Counted from the first letter of the stretch, positions 1 to 19,065 are shown. The stretch: 64,000 bases of DNA from Paraspadella gotoi (GCA_051294375.1 CM119267.1:875601-939600); one strand, 5' to 3'. Notes: a model not told the origin generated them from the letters alone. Translations and numbers: made by a program.

Positions 1-1058
1 AGGGCGATGATTTGATGTCGGAATTCCGCGCCAATGATTTCCACTTTTAGGAGATTTTCTAGTTGAGGGAGAAAATCATGAGCGAACGACGACGACGACG
101 ACGACGACAAACTAAGATCGAGAATCTTGGCGCGATCGACTTCGACGACGACGTCGACGTCGACGCCGTCGAGATTGGATCTCTTCTCCACGACGAACTT
201 GGGCGTCCGTCCGAAGATCCAATCCCACGACTTCAGTTCTGCCTCCAAAGCGTCGAGACCTTCGAAGGTTCGCTCGATAGGATTGACTCGCTCCGCTTGG
301 ATCTTTCTCCCGAGTTTCCCGGCAAAGGCGTCGGCGAGGGTTTCGACGACGGCTTCCATCTCGACTCCTGGCTCCACCGCCTTGAGGTTGCGCACGGGCG
401 AGGGAACGCTGGAGGTGGCTCGATTGTCCTTCAAGGTCAATGGCGTCTTGAGCAGAGATCCGAGCGAATCTAAATCCACGTCGACTAGAAGCGTGCAATG
501 ATGATAAGCCTTGGCGGCCGACAATTTAGCCGACGAACCCGACACTTTCCTCGATCCATTATCTACGACCACGTCGTCTCTGGCGTTGACGGCGATGTCC
601 AGACACGCCCACTTTGTCTTCAACGCGTCCACGATCAAATTCAAGTTTCCTTTTCGATCGTAAGATTTTCGCGTCGTGAAAAATGTGGCGTTGAGATTTC
701 CCAAATCGTGATAGACGGAGCCGCCGCCGCTGCGTCGCCGCGCCACCGCCACTCCACGCGCCGCCGCCGCCGCCAAGTCCGCCTCCGCCCAAGGATTTTG
801 ATGTCGACCGAAGACGACGCAGGGAGAGTTGGTCCAGAGAAAGAGCATCTCTCCGTCGGGAGGGGAAAAGTCGAGATGAGCGAAGAGCCAATCCTCCAAG
901 GCGAGATTGCGGTGGACATCGTGGGAAGTGGAGACGAGAATGCGGGAGAGAGAAGAGATGGAGCTATTGTAGGAGCGATTGCAGGAGCCATTGTAGGAGC
1001 AAGAGGAGAAGAGAAAAAGGTCAGGGATCGGGCGGAGTAAAAAGCGGGGAAATATCAT
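1..1058 (-). CDS. LIPT1: Mitochondrial lipoyltransferase 1 (lipoate-protein ligase family), 3'-partial, runs off window start
   Basis: Manual translation of a minus frame missing from the ORF track (no stop within the window). ATG at 1058, then STSHDVHRNLALEDWLF...MLFLWTNSPCVVFGRHQNPWAEAD...VARRRSGGGSVYHDLGNLN...RKVSGSSAK..AYHHCTLL...SWDWIFGRTPKF, the characteristic LplA/LIPT1 motifs. No intron in the visible part. Confidence 0.93.
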   Translation of the reverse strand, partial: MIFPRFLLRPIPDLFLFSSCSYNGSCNRSYNSSISSLSRILVSTSHDVHRNLALEDWLFAHLDFSPPDGEMLFLWTNSPCVVFGRHQNPWAEADLAAAAARGVAVARRRSGGGSVYHDLGNLNATFFTTRKSYDRKGNLNLIVDALKTKWACLDIAVNARDDVVVDNGSRKVSGSSAKLSAAKAYHHCTLLVDVDLDSLGSLLKTPLTLKDNRATSSVPSPVRNLKAVEPGVEMEAVVETLADAFAGKLGRKIQAERVNPIERTFEGLDALEAELKSWDWIFGRTPKFVVEKRSNLDGVDVDVVVEVDRAKILDLSLSSSSSSSFAHDFLPQLENLLKVEIIGAEFRHQIIA

Positions 1059-1497
1059 CCCCGGTCGGGGGACGAGGCTTGGCTAATGACCCCTGGCGTC
1101 CGTGGTCATCGAAATCCAAGATAAAGAAAAGGGTTAAAAGAGATAATAGTTAATCACGTCGTCGTCGTCGTCAAGAATTTCTAAGAAATCGAGTTGTTTC
1201 GGTTTTCGGACAATCAAGACTCATTGAGATCTTAAAGAATCGAGTTGGAGGTGAATTGTTTCTTTGGCTTCTTTTTATTCTGAAAATGATTTCAGTTGAA
1301 AATCGACAATTTGAACTCTTGGCTGAATATTTAGAACAAATGAGATGGATATTAATATTTATTACTTGAAATAGAGAACGAGCACAATGTTAAAAATACT
1401 CAAATTTTAAAAACAACGAGGTTAACAAAGATCCGGGCGACGAACAGCATAAAGATATGAAACGATTTAAGCGAATCTTGACAATAAATTCTTCCCT

Positions 1498-9434
<7,937 letters not shown>

Positions 9435-9724
9435 TTTTTTTTGGTCTCGAGGATCCGAATTTTAAAACAACTGATGAGAGCGAAATGCAACCAAAAAATT
9501 TATCGGCGAGAAAAATTATGAATCGTTGGGGGAGAGAAATCAATTAAATTTTACAATATAATATACTGCGTAATATACACGAAAGAAAACAAATATTAAA
9601 AACGAGAGGCTTTGTTTTAAATTCGCGAATGAGAAATCAAATAAAAATTAAAAAAAGACAAAAGTTGATGTTTCACTGGAAGAAAATTAAATTCGTAAAA
9701 TAAACAAAGGAACCAAAAAAAAAA

Positions 9725-10018
9725 TTATTTTCGTCCGGCGCCGCCGCCTCCTCTCATTCCTCGAAGGAATCCGTTTCTGGCGTTCAATCTGGCGAAGGCC
9801 ACCGGCGACCACAACTGTGACCCGACGGTGACTCGGATTTTACTCTGCGCGCCGCCGAAAGGCAAATTCGGAAATTCCTTCATAAATTGGAGAAGGCGGC
9901 AATTAAGGAAGCGCTTCGTGGCGGGATCTTTCATATCGGGTGGATAGGGACATTGGGAAAATAATTTTTTGCCAAAATGATAGAAGACGGATTGGAGGAG
10001 ACGAAATTCCACGGTTCC
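9725..10018 (-). CDS. Gene A alternative terminal exon A8
   Basis: cttaag|GGA ACC GTG: GTVEFRLLQSVFYHFGKKLFSQCPYPPDMKDP...FPNLP...FARLNARNGFLRGM...*; 294 nt. Confidence 0.85.
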   Translation of the reverse strand, partial: GTVEFRLLQSVFYHFGKKLFSQCPYPPDMKDPATKRFLNCRLLQFMKEFPNLPFGGAQSKIRVTVGSQLWSPVAFARLNARNGFLRGMRGGGGAGRK

Positions 10019-13000
10019 CTTAAGAGGAATGAGAGAGAAATAAAAAGAGCGGGCGTGAGACAAAAGAAAAATACTTTATAAAACTCAATCGTGATCGCTG
10101 ACAGTTGACAAGGTATTTTGGCGGTATTGATAAATGAAACGATAGTAAAGTCACGAGATAACGATACGAACATTCGTATTAAAAAGTTCCAAAGAATTTA
10201 ATGTAGAATGTAAAAAAAAAAAAAAAAAGAAACATAGCAAAATGTCATTATTTACGGTATATACTATTCATGATTGAATCGCATTTAAATATTTTTAAAT
10301 TGTTTCAACCCACGAATAAAATCGAGTTTCTCCTCATGAAAAAAACCTTTACCAGAAACCTGCCTTTGACTCAAAACCAACGAGTAAATAAATATTCAAA
10401 GGAACCAAGGAATAATAATAAAAATAGTACCGACTGTAGTATTTTTTTTTCTTATTTATATGTAAGAACTAATTTTCTTATTTTTGATCCGGCTTAATTA
10501 AAAAGGGATTGTATATTCAACTAAACTAATGAAGATCATTTGGTAGAAAAAGATATATTGGCATATTTGGAGGCTTGCTTTAAAGCTGTCACGTAACCAG
10601 CCCTGACTTGCTTCCTGACAAAAGCGGAGGCCGTGAATTGTTTGCCAGACCCAACGGAGACTCTGAGAGAAAGGTCCGACTCGTAAATGGGTAAGTTAGG
10701 GAAAGTCTTGACGAACTCGTTAACGCTCGACATAAAAAACTCTTTGAATCCCTCATGTTTCATGTCGGGCGGAAAGGGAGATCTCTCAAACAATTCTTTG
10801 CCAAAATCATAGAAGACGGAAGAGAGAAGACGAGACTCCGTCGTTCCCTTAAGAGAAAAAAAAATAAAACAAAAACTACAAAAGTTTATTTCAATGGGAT
10901 TGTTGTTGTTGTTGTTGTAGTTTGGAGGCTTTCTTGACAGCTCTAATAAAGCCACCGCGAGCATGCATTCTGACAAAGGCTTTGGGAGAAAATTGATTCC
11001 CGCTGCCGACGGTGACTCTGACAGAAGTGTCCGAGTCGTTTATGGGCAGATTGGGGAATTGCTTGATGAATTCGTCCACGCTTGAATAGAGAAAGAGCTT
11101 GGTGTGGCGATTCTTTAAATCTGGCGAGTAGGGACATTTGTAAAACAACTCTTTACCAAAATCATAGAAGACCGACGTGAGAAGGCGGCATTCCGTTGTG
11201 CCCTTAAAAATTAAAATATGTATATTAGGAATGTTAATGCTAATAATCGAGGGATGATTTTAACAGAATTTGTTCTCATCCTAAATGTTAATTTTGGTTT
11301 TTTTTTAACATTTGCAAAACGCCTAATGATTAAAGACTTAAGTATTGTGAAAAAATATTTTTTATTGCCACCTTTTCACGCGGCCTTTCCCATCATAAAA
11401 AAAAAAAATCGCCAAATCCCTTTTTTTAGAAAAGCGTCGGTAAAAACCGCTGCGAAAATTTAATCGGACATAAGGTTGCGGCGTATAGGTGTCTCGAACC
11501 GAGGGTGATTCTAAGCTCCGTCAACGGCGAGTCGGGATAATTGAGTTTCAAATTTGAAAACTTAATCGTGAAGTCATTCAGTATTTTGATACCTAATTCT
11601 TTACCGAAATCATAAAAGACTGAACTTGGCAGTCGGCATTCCACACTTCCCTTAACAAAAAAAGAAAAAAATATCTTTCCATTTCCATAATTGAAAGAAA
11701 TTAATGTACAATTTGTACATGAACTTTCGCGGCGTCTATGCCTTTATCTACATGACTAAAGCATCCAAAATAAAATTATGAAAAGCATTATTTTAGGCAT
11801 CTTTCGCTTTTTTCACTTTTACTGGCCTTAGGCTATGGAAACCCTCCTATGGCCCCAATCCTCCATCTCCCCTCACAACCGCCCCCCTTGGTTCGACGAA
11901 GCCCTGATGGTCTTCAACCGCTCGAAGCCGTTCCGGGCGTTGACCCGAGCGAAAACCTCCGGACTGTATTTCCTCGCCTTGGTTCCGACCTGGATCTTGA
12001 GACGGTACACAGGCGAGGATCGACAATTGATTTCCAGGTTGGGAAATTCTTTTATGAATTCGTTGACTCGAGTCTTAAAATATTCGTGAGTTTCTGGGTG
12101 TTTGAGGTCGGGCGGGAAAGGGCACCGTCTGTACAGCTCCTTCCCGAAATCGTAAAAGACGGAAGTAAATAGTCGACACTCGACGCTGCCCTGTTGATGG
12201 AAGCCAAGGAGGGCGAGACAATTTGTCAAAATAAAATCTTAAGACTTGAAGAGACAGAAATAATTGTTAGTGACAGAACCGTTCAATATAAGCAGTCCCT
12301 GAGCTTCGGATCAGGCTGAAAATGTAACACCGGGTTAAGCGCCCCGTCCTTCTTAACTGCTTGGCGGCCGATCTAGAACCCCGGACCTTTGGGTTGGGAG
12401 GCGAATGACTTGCCTCCCGCACCAATGGCCGCCGATGAACGGTCGGTGGATTTGACTTTTAATGAATTAATTAAACAGCCTGGAGTGTAACGTTTGTAAT
12501 TTTCAAATGTTCATCTTAAAATCAAATTGATTTAAGGGTTTATTTAATATTTTTCAAATTAATCATTAACGTTTGAACGTCGTCTAATGACGTTTTTTCC
12601 CCAAATTTTTCTGATTTACGATCACGAAGTAAGTTTTAATAAAACTAATCAACAACAAAAATATTAAGGAAAAAAAAATAAAATGAGAGTAAAGTTCATA
12701 TCGTCAAGCATTTAGGCCCCGGTGTTTAAAAAAAAAAAAAAGAAAAAAAGAAAAGAAGGTCGGCGAAGGCGGTGATCATTTCTTGGCTTTTTTCATGAGA
12801 CCGTTTCGCACGTGGTTTCTGAGGTAAGCCTCTGGCGTGTATTTAACCTCGCTAGTTCCGATGGAAATAGTTAATTTGTATAGAGGCGATGAAGCGTCGT
12901 TCAAGGGCAAGTTGGGAAACTTGGTCAGGAATCTCTTGACGCTTTTTTTCACGTAAACTTTGAGCCTCTCGTCTCGAGGTAAAATCGGGAAGGGACAAGA

Positions 13001-13924
13001 TTTGGCGAGACTTTTGCCAAAATCGTAGAAGACGGACCCGAGGAGTCGATTCTCGTGCGTTCCCTTGGCGACAAAAATGAGAGGGTGGGAATTAGCGGAA
13101 AGAAGATGATGCCCAAAAAAAACTTTAAAAATACAGAGATTTATTTTATTGGATCGCGTTTTGATCGTATACAAGCTAAACTTTTGAATGACCTATGATC
13201 TAATTTCTGGTGGCAATGTAGAGGAGAAATTCGAAATATATCTTGGTGGGTGATAAAAGCTTATTAATATTTATTAGTATCGAATGCTAAACTAATTTAA
13301 ATTTTGAAATAAAATTTTAATTTACGAATAAACCGCTCACTTGTTCGATACCCAACTATTCTATACTTATTAGATTTATAAAATGAATGCTAATGAATTA
13401 ACAATAAAAGAATATTAATAAGTTTTAAATTCAAACCTCCAAGCACACTTGATAATAAAAACTAATTTTTAGGATATTAATTTTAAAATCTCGTTTCTTC
13501 CAAAATTTTAATAATAAAACAAGAAGAATGACTCCTGGAAAAGGTGTTCTAGTAAAAAAGGTTTATCTTAGCTAAAGAAGAGAGAAAGAAAGAGAAAGAG
13601 AGAGAGAGACTAAAAGAGAGAAAGAAAAAAGAAAAAGAAAAAAGAAAAGCTAATTTGCATATTACAGAAAAATTTATTTTTCTTATAAAATATAAACAAA
13701 CAAAATTTGATGTATGACCACATCAACTTTAAAGGACCTTGATGACGAGAATACATAACTAAATTTTCAGCTTTAGACAATTACAAATAATATTAAAAAA
13801 GCGATCTATAATTTGGAACGACGACGCCGCCCATGTATGGGGACCATAAAAAAAGAAAACTGGAATTTTCAGCATCTCCCAATCGCATCGCTCCTCTCTT
13901 CACCACTCACCTCTCTTTTTCTTT

Positions 13925-13990
<66 letters not shown>

Positions 13991-16110
13991 CACAATTTCT
14001 CCCCCATCATCTGGAAAGAGCGGCCTTTTCCCCTCATTTCACAATTCGCTTGAATCCATTTCGCGCGCTCAGCCTGAGCAGCGCTTCTGGCGAGATTCCC
14101 CCGAACTTCCCGTGGGGCAGAGATTTGGAGAGAAGGCCAGAGACGTTGAGGTTGGGGAAACGAGTCAAGAATTGTTTCACGCTCGAGTCGAAGAACTTCT
14201 TAGTACACGGGTCCTTGAGGTCGGGCGGGAAGGGACACTCCCGCTTCAGTTGTTTACCGAAATCGTAGAAAACGGACATCAAGAGGCGGTACTCGCAGGT
14301 CCCCTGCGAATCGGAGAAGGAACGCTGGTTTGTTTTTTCTCTCTCTTTTTTTTTTACTTTTATAGAGCAAGGTTTTTATGTCGTTAGGCGTTTTTGAAAT
14401 TCGTATTCTTTAAACATTTTCCTTCCTTACAATCATTTAATAATTCCCCGACAACGTATCACATGTTCCTCCCCCTACTCAAAACTTTCACTCTTCTCCC
14501 CTCACATCCCCGACTCCACCCCACTCCCTCTTCCCCCTTCAAATCTTCTCCCTCCTCCCCTCAAATCCTCTCTTTCCTCCCCCTACTCCCTCCCTCTCTC
14601 TATCCCTCCTCCCCCCTCATTTCACATCTTCTCTCCTCTTTGCTCCAATTTCTCTTGCACTTTGACTGAAATCCGCTCCTGGCTCTCAGCCTAAAGTAGG
14701 CGGCGGGAGTGAGGCTGGAATTTCCGTGAGGGATCGAGACTCCGTGGAGTCTGGCGGTGTTGGTCACGTGACCGAACTGAGCGATAAAGTGCTCGCAATT
14801 TCTAAGGAAGAAAGCCTTGGTTCGAGGATGCTTTAGATCAAGCGGATAAGGACAGAGGCCGCTCAAGTTTTTGCCAAATTCAAAAAAGACCGACGTCATT
14901 AGGCGATTTTCAAACGTGCCCTAATTTCGTGGTTGCGCATACGAGAATATTTTGTTGGGGGTGGATGGAAATGAGGGGGAAGGGTAGGGGAGGGAGTGCC
15001 GTTCGATATTTTATTTTAAATTAAAGTGAGGATGAATATTTTTTTTGATAGTTAATATTATTTCTTTTCTTTCCTAACTTTAATATGTTTTAAAAAATAT
15101 ACGTCAGAGGGAGGCCATTACTGACAATAGCTAGTCCTAAGTCGGGTACAATCGAATACTTGATTGTACCAATTCTATAAATTTAAAACATTAGCAAAGC
15201 ATTATACCGGAAATGGTTTGATGCCAAAAATATTCATCCTCGAAGGGAAAAAAGGGAGAAAGTTTTTCTTTCGATCTCAACTTACCTTTTGAAAAGCGAG
15301 AAGAGGATTCTCGATCGATCGTAAAGCTTCGATCTTCATCTGATTCTGAGCCACGTCGGCGGGGACGAATCCTCCAGGGTCGGACGAGCCGAAAGTCCTG
15401 GGGTCACCGTTGGGGGAAAGTCCAGCGGGAAGACCGAGGGAAGAGAGAACGCCGCCGCCGCCGCCGCCGCCGCCGCCAGCCGTCGAGGAATCGTCGAAAG
15501 GTCCGATGTCGTCCAAGACTTCGATGTCGGAGTCGTCATCGTCAAAGGCTCCGTCGTCGCCCGTCGACTCCAACGCGTTGGAAGACGACTCGGGATGTCG
15601 CAACGTCTCGTCCGAGTCGTCGATCACGAACGGCTTTAAGTCAAGCGTCTCCACTTTAGGCTGCGTCGTCGTCGTCGACGTCGTTGCCGTCTGATCAAAA
15701 GACTTGACTCGCTTCGTCGGCGACGCCCCCTCGAAACTGGCGACGGCGCCGGCTCGCTTGGCGCCGTTCTTGTTCGAAAGGGGCGAGCCGCTCTCTCTCG
15801 ACGACCCCGCCGCCGCGGTAATCATGAAAGGCGCGGCGATGGTCGGTCGGTCGCGGACAGTCTCGGCCGAGATGTCGACGTCCACCTGCAAATCCTTGGA
15901 GGTGGGACTCAACCGGCGCTGGAGGTAGGCGTCGACGAGTTGAGTGGTTCCGGCAAACCGGCGCGCCTCTTCCGTCTCGATAACGAGGAAGACCGAGGCG
16001 GAAGTGAGAGAGGCCAGCTTCATGGAAGTCTCCATGATGATGGATGAGATGGCGGATTCCATATTTTGGAGTTGGGATATCAGACCCATTAAGCTCTGTG
16101 TCGCCGTCAT
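9725..16110 (-). CDS. Novel gene A: constant MADS-like exon plus array of 8 alternative terminal exons (putative transcription factor isoforms)
   Basis: Constant exon 16110-15286 ends TTT CAA AAG|gtaagt (phase 0). Eight homologous phase-0 exons, each with its own stop, follow downstream (listed separately). Confidence 0.85.
10536..10847 (-). CDS. Gene A alternative terminal exon A7
   Basis: ctcttaag|GGA ACG ACG: GTTESRLLSSVFYDFGKELFERSPFPPDMKH...FPNLP...FVRKQVRAGY...*; 312 nt. Confidence 0.85.
   Translation of the reverse strand, partial: GTTESRLLSSVFYDFGKELFERSPFPPDMKHEGFKEFFMSSVNEFVKTFPNLPIYESDLSLRVSVGSGKQFTASAFVRKQVRAGYVTALKQASKYANISFSTK
10891..11202 (-). CDS. Gene A alternative terminal exon A6
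   Basis: tttttaag|GGC ACA ACG: GTTECRLLTSVFYDFGKELFYKCPYSPDLKN...FPNLP...FVRMHARGGF...*; 312 nt. Confidence 0.85.
   Translation of the reverse strand, partial: GTTECRLLTSVFYDFGKELFYKCPYSPDLKNRHTKLFLYSSVDEFIKQFPNLPINDSDTSVRVTVGSGNQFSPKAFVRMHARGGFIRAVKKASKLQQQQQQSH
11426..11650 (-). pseudogene. Gene A alternative terminal exon A5, degenerate (internal deletion and frameshift)
   Basis: tgttaag|GGA AGT GTG: GSVECRLPSSVFYDFGKEL, lacking the CPFP-DLK segment. The conserved YVRLNFRSGF helix is present only in a shifted frame near 11470. Confidence 0.7.
11873..12190 (-). CDS. Gene A alternative terminal exon A4
   Basis: caacag|GGC AGC GTC: GSVECRLFTSVFYDFGKELYRRCPFPPDLKHP...FPNL...FARVNARNGF...*; 318 nt. 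Confidence 0.87.
   Translation of the reverse strand, partial: GSVECRLFTSVFYDFGKELYRRCPFPPDLKHPETHEYFKTRVNEFIKEFPNLEINCRSSPVYRLKIQVGTKARKYSPEVFARVNARNGFERLKTIRASSNQGGRL
12363..12433 (-). mobile_element. tRNA(Gly)-like head, probable SINE or tRNA pseudogene, between exons A3 and A4
   Basis: Minus strand GGCGGCCATTGGTGCGGGAGGCAAGTCATTCGCCTCCCAACCCAAAGGTCCGGGGTTCTAGATCGGCCGCC. It has a pairing GGCGGCC/GGCCGCC acceptor-like stem, a CGCCTCCCA Gly-like anticodon region and a degenerate GGTTC B-box. Confidence 0.45.
12776..13063 (-). CDS. Gene A alternative terminal exon A3
   Basis: gccaag|GGA ACG CAC: GTHENRLLGSVFYDFGKSLAKSCPFP...FPNLP...YLRNHVRNGLMKKAKK*; 288 nt. Confidence 0.85.
   Translation of the reverse strand, partial: GTHENRLLGSVFYDFGKSLAKSCPFPILPRDERLKVYVKKSVKRFLTKFPNLPLNDASSPLYKLTISIGTSEVKYTPEAYLRNHVRNGLMKKAKK
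14034..14303 (-). CDS. Gene A alternative terminal exon A2
   Basis: ttcgcag|GGG ACC TGC: GTCEYRLLMSVFYDFGKQLKRECPFPPDLKDP...FPNL...LLRLSARNGFKRIVK*; 270 nt. Confidence 0.87.
   Translation of the reverse strand, partial: GTCEYRLLMSVFYDFGKQLKRECPFPPDLKDPCTKKFFDSSVKQFLTRFPNLNVSGLLSKSLPHGKFGGISPEALLRLSARNGFKRIVK
14600..14920 (-). CDS. Gene A alternative terminal exon A1 (proximal)
   Basis: aaattag|GGC ACG TTT: GTFENRLMTSVFFEFGKNLSGLCPYPLDLKHP...YFRLRARSGF...*; 321 nt. Confidence 0.83.
   Translation of the reverse strand, partial: GTFENRLMTSVFFEFGKNLSGLCPYPLDLKHPRTKAFFLRNCEHFIAQFGHVTNTARLHGVSIPHGNSSLTPAAYFRLRARSGFQSKCKRNWSKEERRCEMRGEEG
15286..16110 (-). CDS. Gene A constant 5' coding exon (MADS-like N-domain, acidic/low-complexity linker)
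   Basis: 275 codons from ATG 16110 to a phase-0 donor AAG|gtaagt. Contains IIMETSMKLASLTSASVFLVIETEEARRFAGT, NLS-like SPTKRVK, DDDDSDIEVL and NQMKIEALRSIENPLLAFQK. Clear paralog of 25568-26434. Confidence 0.88.
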
Positions 16111-16668
16111 TCTTTTTAGCTGGCTTTTACTCTTTATAGTATTTTATTATAACGTCTTTGATAAATGAAATGAAAATGGTCAGAGTAACAACGATATAAG
16201 AGGACGAGAAATTACTTCCATGTGAATAAAAAATTAAACAATTTCAACTCTCAAAAAGTTTGTGGAGGCTCAAGTTAGACCCGGGCGCTGTCTTACTTTT
16301 AAGTCACGATTCTGATGTGAAAGTAAAAATCGTGAATTGAGATGAAATAAGCGACTCATCGCGATTTCAAATAGAATTATTTTTTTAAATTTCACAAAGC
16401 CTAAACAAAATAAATTTATGATTCAGATATAAACAAGTTTGAGCAAACAATGTCGGAATCTGCCTGTACGATAATTAATTAATTAATTAATTAATCGATT
16501 AATTAATTAATATTAATGAATTAATTTTAATATGTAATAATTAATTTTAAATTTATTATTCAACTATTATCATCATCGATGTCCTTAAAATTGGGTTAGG
16601 ACAGTTATTAAATATGTTTTGTTTAACATTTTATCAAAACAAACAAATATCCTCTATTTTATTTTATG

Positions 16669-16708
<40 letters not shown>

Positions 16709-16809
16709 CGCAATTGCGATTTTTTTTAACTTGCATCATTTTTTCACATTAATTAATTAATTAATTCATTAATTAATTAAAACATTTATTAGTAATCAAT
16801 AATATTAAA

Positions 16810-18437
16810 GATTCAAGTAAATGTGACTTATGTTTTTTCCATCTAAACTCATTTCCCCTGGCACAATTCCGTCAATACTTTATATAATATAATATATTAA
16901 TAAATATTTAAAAGCTTCAGTGCAACAACCCAATGAACTAATTCAAAAAGTTATATTGAAAATCGATTTAGTAGTAAAAGGGAAAAAAAATTTAAAGAGA
17001 ACTAGAAGTTATAAAAAGTGTTCAATTTTGGCCCGCCTTACTAGATATTAGGCCTTACTAGATATATTGCATGTGATTAAACAATGTTATCGGAATAATA
17101 ATTTATCAATTTTTATGTATTTTGTAAGTATTTTAAGTATTTTTATTCAGTGAGTAAAATAACAACTTTTTTATTCGCTAATTTTTATCTCGGACTCTCT
17201 CTCTTTCTATCTTTCTCTCTCTCCTTTCTCTCTCTCTCTCTCTCTCTCTTTGAAATTGCGACGATCCTTATGCTCATTTTACTGCTCTCTCTCTCTCTCT
17301 TCTTTGCAATTGCGACGATCCTTATGCTTTTAGGATTTTTAAACTTGTATCATTTTTCTGCTTCAAGTAAATGTGACTTATTTTTTTTTCATTTAAACTC
17401 ATTTCCACTGGCACAATTCCGTCAAAACTTTATATCTAGCTTTTAACACACTTTCCTACCCGCTCACAAAATTCATCTCAATCTATTATGGGTTAAATAA
17501 GTAAAAAAGATTCAAGTAATGTGACTCATATTTTTTTCATTTAAACTCATTTCCACTCGTACGTTTCCACCGAAACTTTATATCAAGCATCGATACACAT
17601 TTTCTACCCACACAAAAATTTTGAACTCAATCTATCCATCCAATTATGATTAATTAGAGTACTTATTGGTTAAAATAAGTAAAAAGATTTTAGTAAATGC
17701 GACTTATGTTTTTTCCATTAAACTCATTTCCACTCACACGATTCCGTCGAAACTTTATATCCAGCTTTATCACACACTTTCCTACCACACACAAAATTCA
17801 TTTCAATCCAACCAGCCAATCACGAGTTATTGGAGCTTTTTGCTAAGGTGGGACGGATGGACGGATTGATTGACTGATAATTAATTATTGATTAATATTG
17901 ACTAATTGATTAAATTAACTGATTAATTATTTGACTTATTAATACATCCTGCATATACATTTAAATATAAAAGGAAAAAGAAGCATAATCAATTAGTGAA
18001 ACAGGTTTTTTGTTTTTTCCATTTAAACTCATTTCCACTCAAAAGATTCCATCGAACTTGGTTTCCTGTTCAATCACACACTTTTCTACTCACATACAAA
18101 ATTCCAGGTCAATCGATAATTAAGTGGTAATAAGCTATCTTGGTCAACTTGCATAATTTAATCAACTTGCATAATTTGGTCAACTGACATAATTTGGTTA
18201 ACTGACATAATTTGGTCTACTGACATACAGATAATTGGTCAACTGACATAATTTGGTCAACTGACATAATTTGATCAATTAAGATAATTTGGTCAACCGG
18301 CATAATTTGGTTAACTGGCATAATTTTATCAACTAGCCTCATTTGGTCAACAGGCATAATTTGGTCAACTGGCAAAACTTGATTAACTTGCAGAATTTGG
18401 TCAACTGGCAAATAATTGGTCAATTAGCATAATTTGG

Positions 18438-18473
<36 letters not shown>

Positions 18474-19065
18474 CATTCAGAGAGAGAGAGAGAGAAACTT
18501 TAAAAAATTCAAATAAATGTGTCTTTTGGTTTTCTAATTTGAACTCTTTTCCACTCCTACGATTCCATCAAAAATTTTTATCCAGCTTTATCACATACTT
18601 TCCTACCCACACACAAAATTCAATTTCGATTTATCTATCCAATTTTTATAATAAGCAAAATAATTATGAGTAAATTTAAGTAAAAATACTTCAAGTAAAT
18701 ATGACTTTGTTTTTTTCCATTTTAACTCATTTCCACTCGCACGATTCCATCGAAACTTTATATCCGGCTCAATCACACACTTTCCTACCATCATACAAAA
18801 TTTCAAGTCAATTGCACTATCCACTCATGAGCAATTGGCGTGCAAATAGTGAAATATATTTTTTTTGTTTTTTCCATTTAAACCAATTTCCACTCGCACG
18901 ATTCCCTCGAAACTTCATATCCATCTCAATCACACAGTTTCCTACCCACACACAAAATTTCATACCAATCCATCCATCCAATCACGGGTAATTGGAGTTT
19001 TTTGCTAAGGTGGGACGGACGGACGGACGGACGGACGGACGGACGGACGGACGGACGGACGGACA
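16810..19065. repeat. Cluster of ~140-bp repeat units with (GGAC)n microsatellite and an 18-bp minisatellite; probable non-autonomous transposon derivative
   Basis: ttttccatttaaactcatttccact..cgattcc..aaactttatatc..cacactttcctacccac recurs at roughly 16835, 17380, 17530, 17710, 18015, 18530, 18710 and 18870. gctaaggtgggacggac occurs at ~17843 and ~19004. The unit taatttggtcaact(g)aca is tandem at 18130-18440. Confidence 0.75.

Noticed and set aside
63-1040. Plus-strand ORFs 63-473, 127-501, 498-1040 and minus ORFs 559-891, 641-991
   Set aside because: These are shadow frames of the LIPT1 coding sequence, which is in a minus frame not listed in the ORF track.
14921-15285. Dscam-like docking-site/selector complementary sequences for cassette choice
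   Set aside because: I could not see a conserved motif upstream of the cassettes or complementarity to the first intron by eye. This needs a computational RNA-pairing search, so it is not claimed.
18217-18423. ORF with (PVDQIM)n repeats
   Set aside because: It is the translation of an 18-bp minisatellite within a repeat cluster, with no splice or start context.
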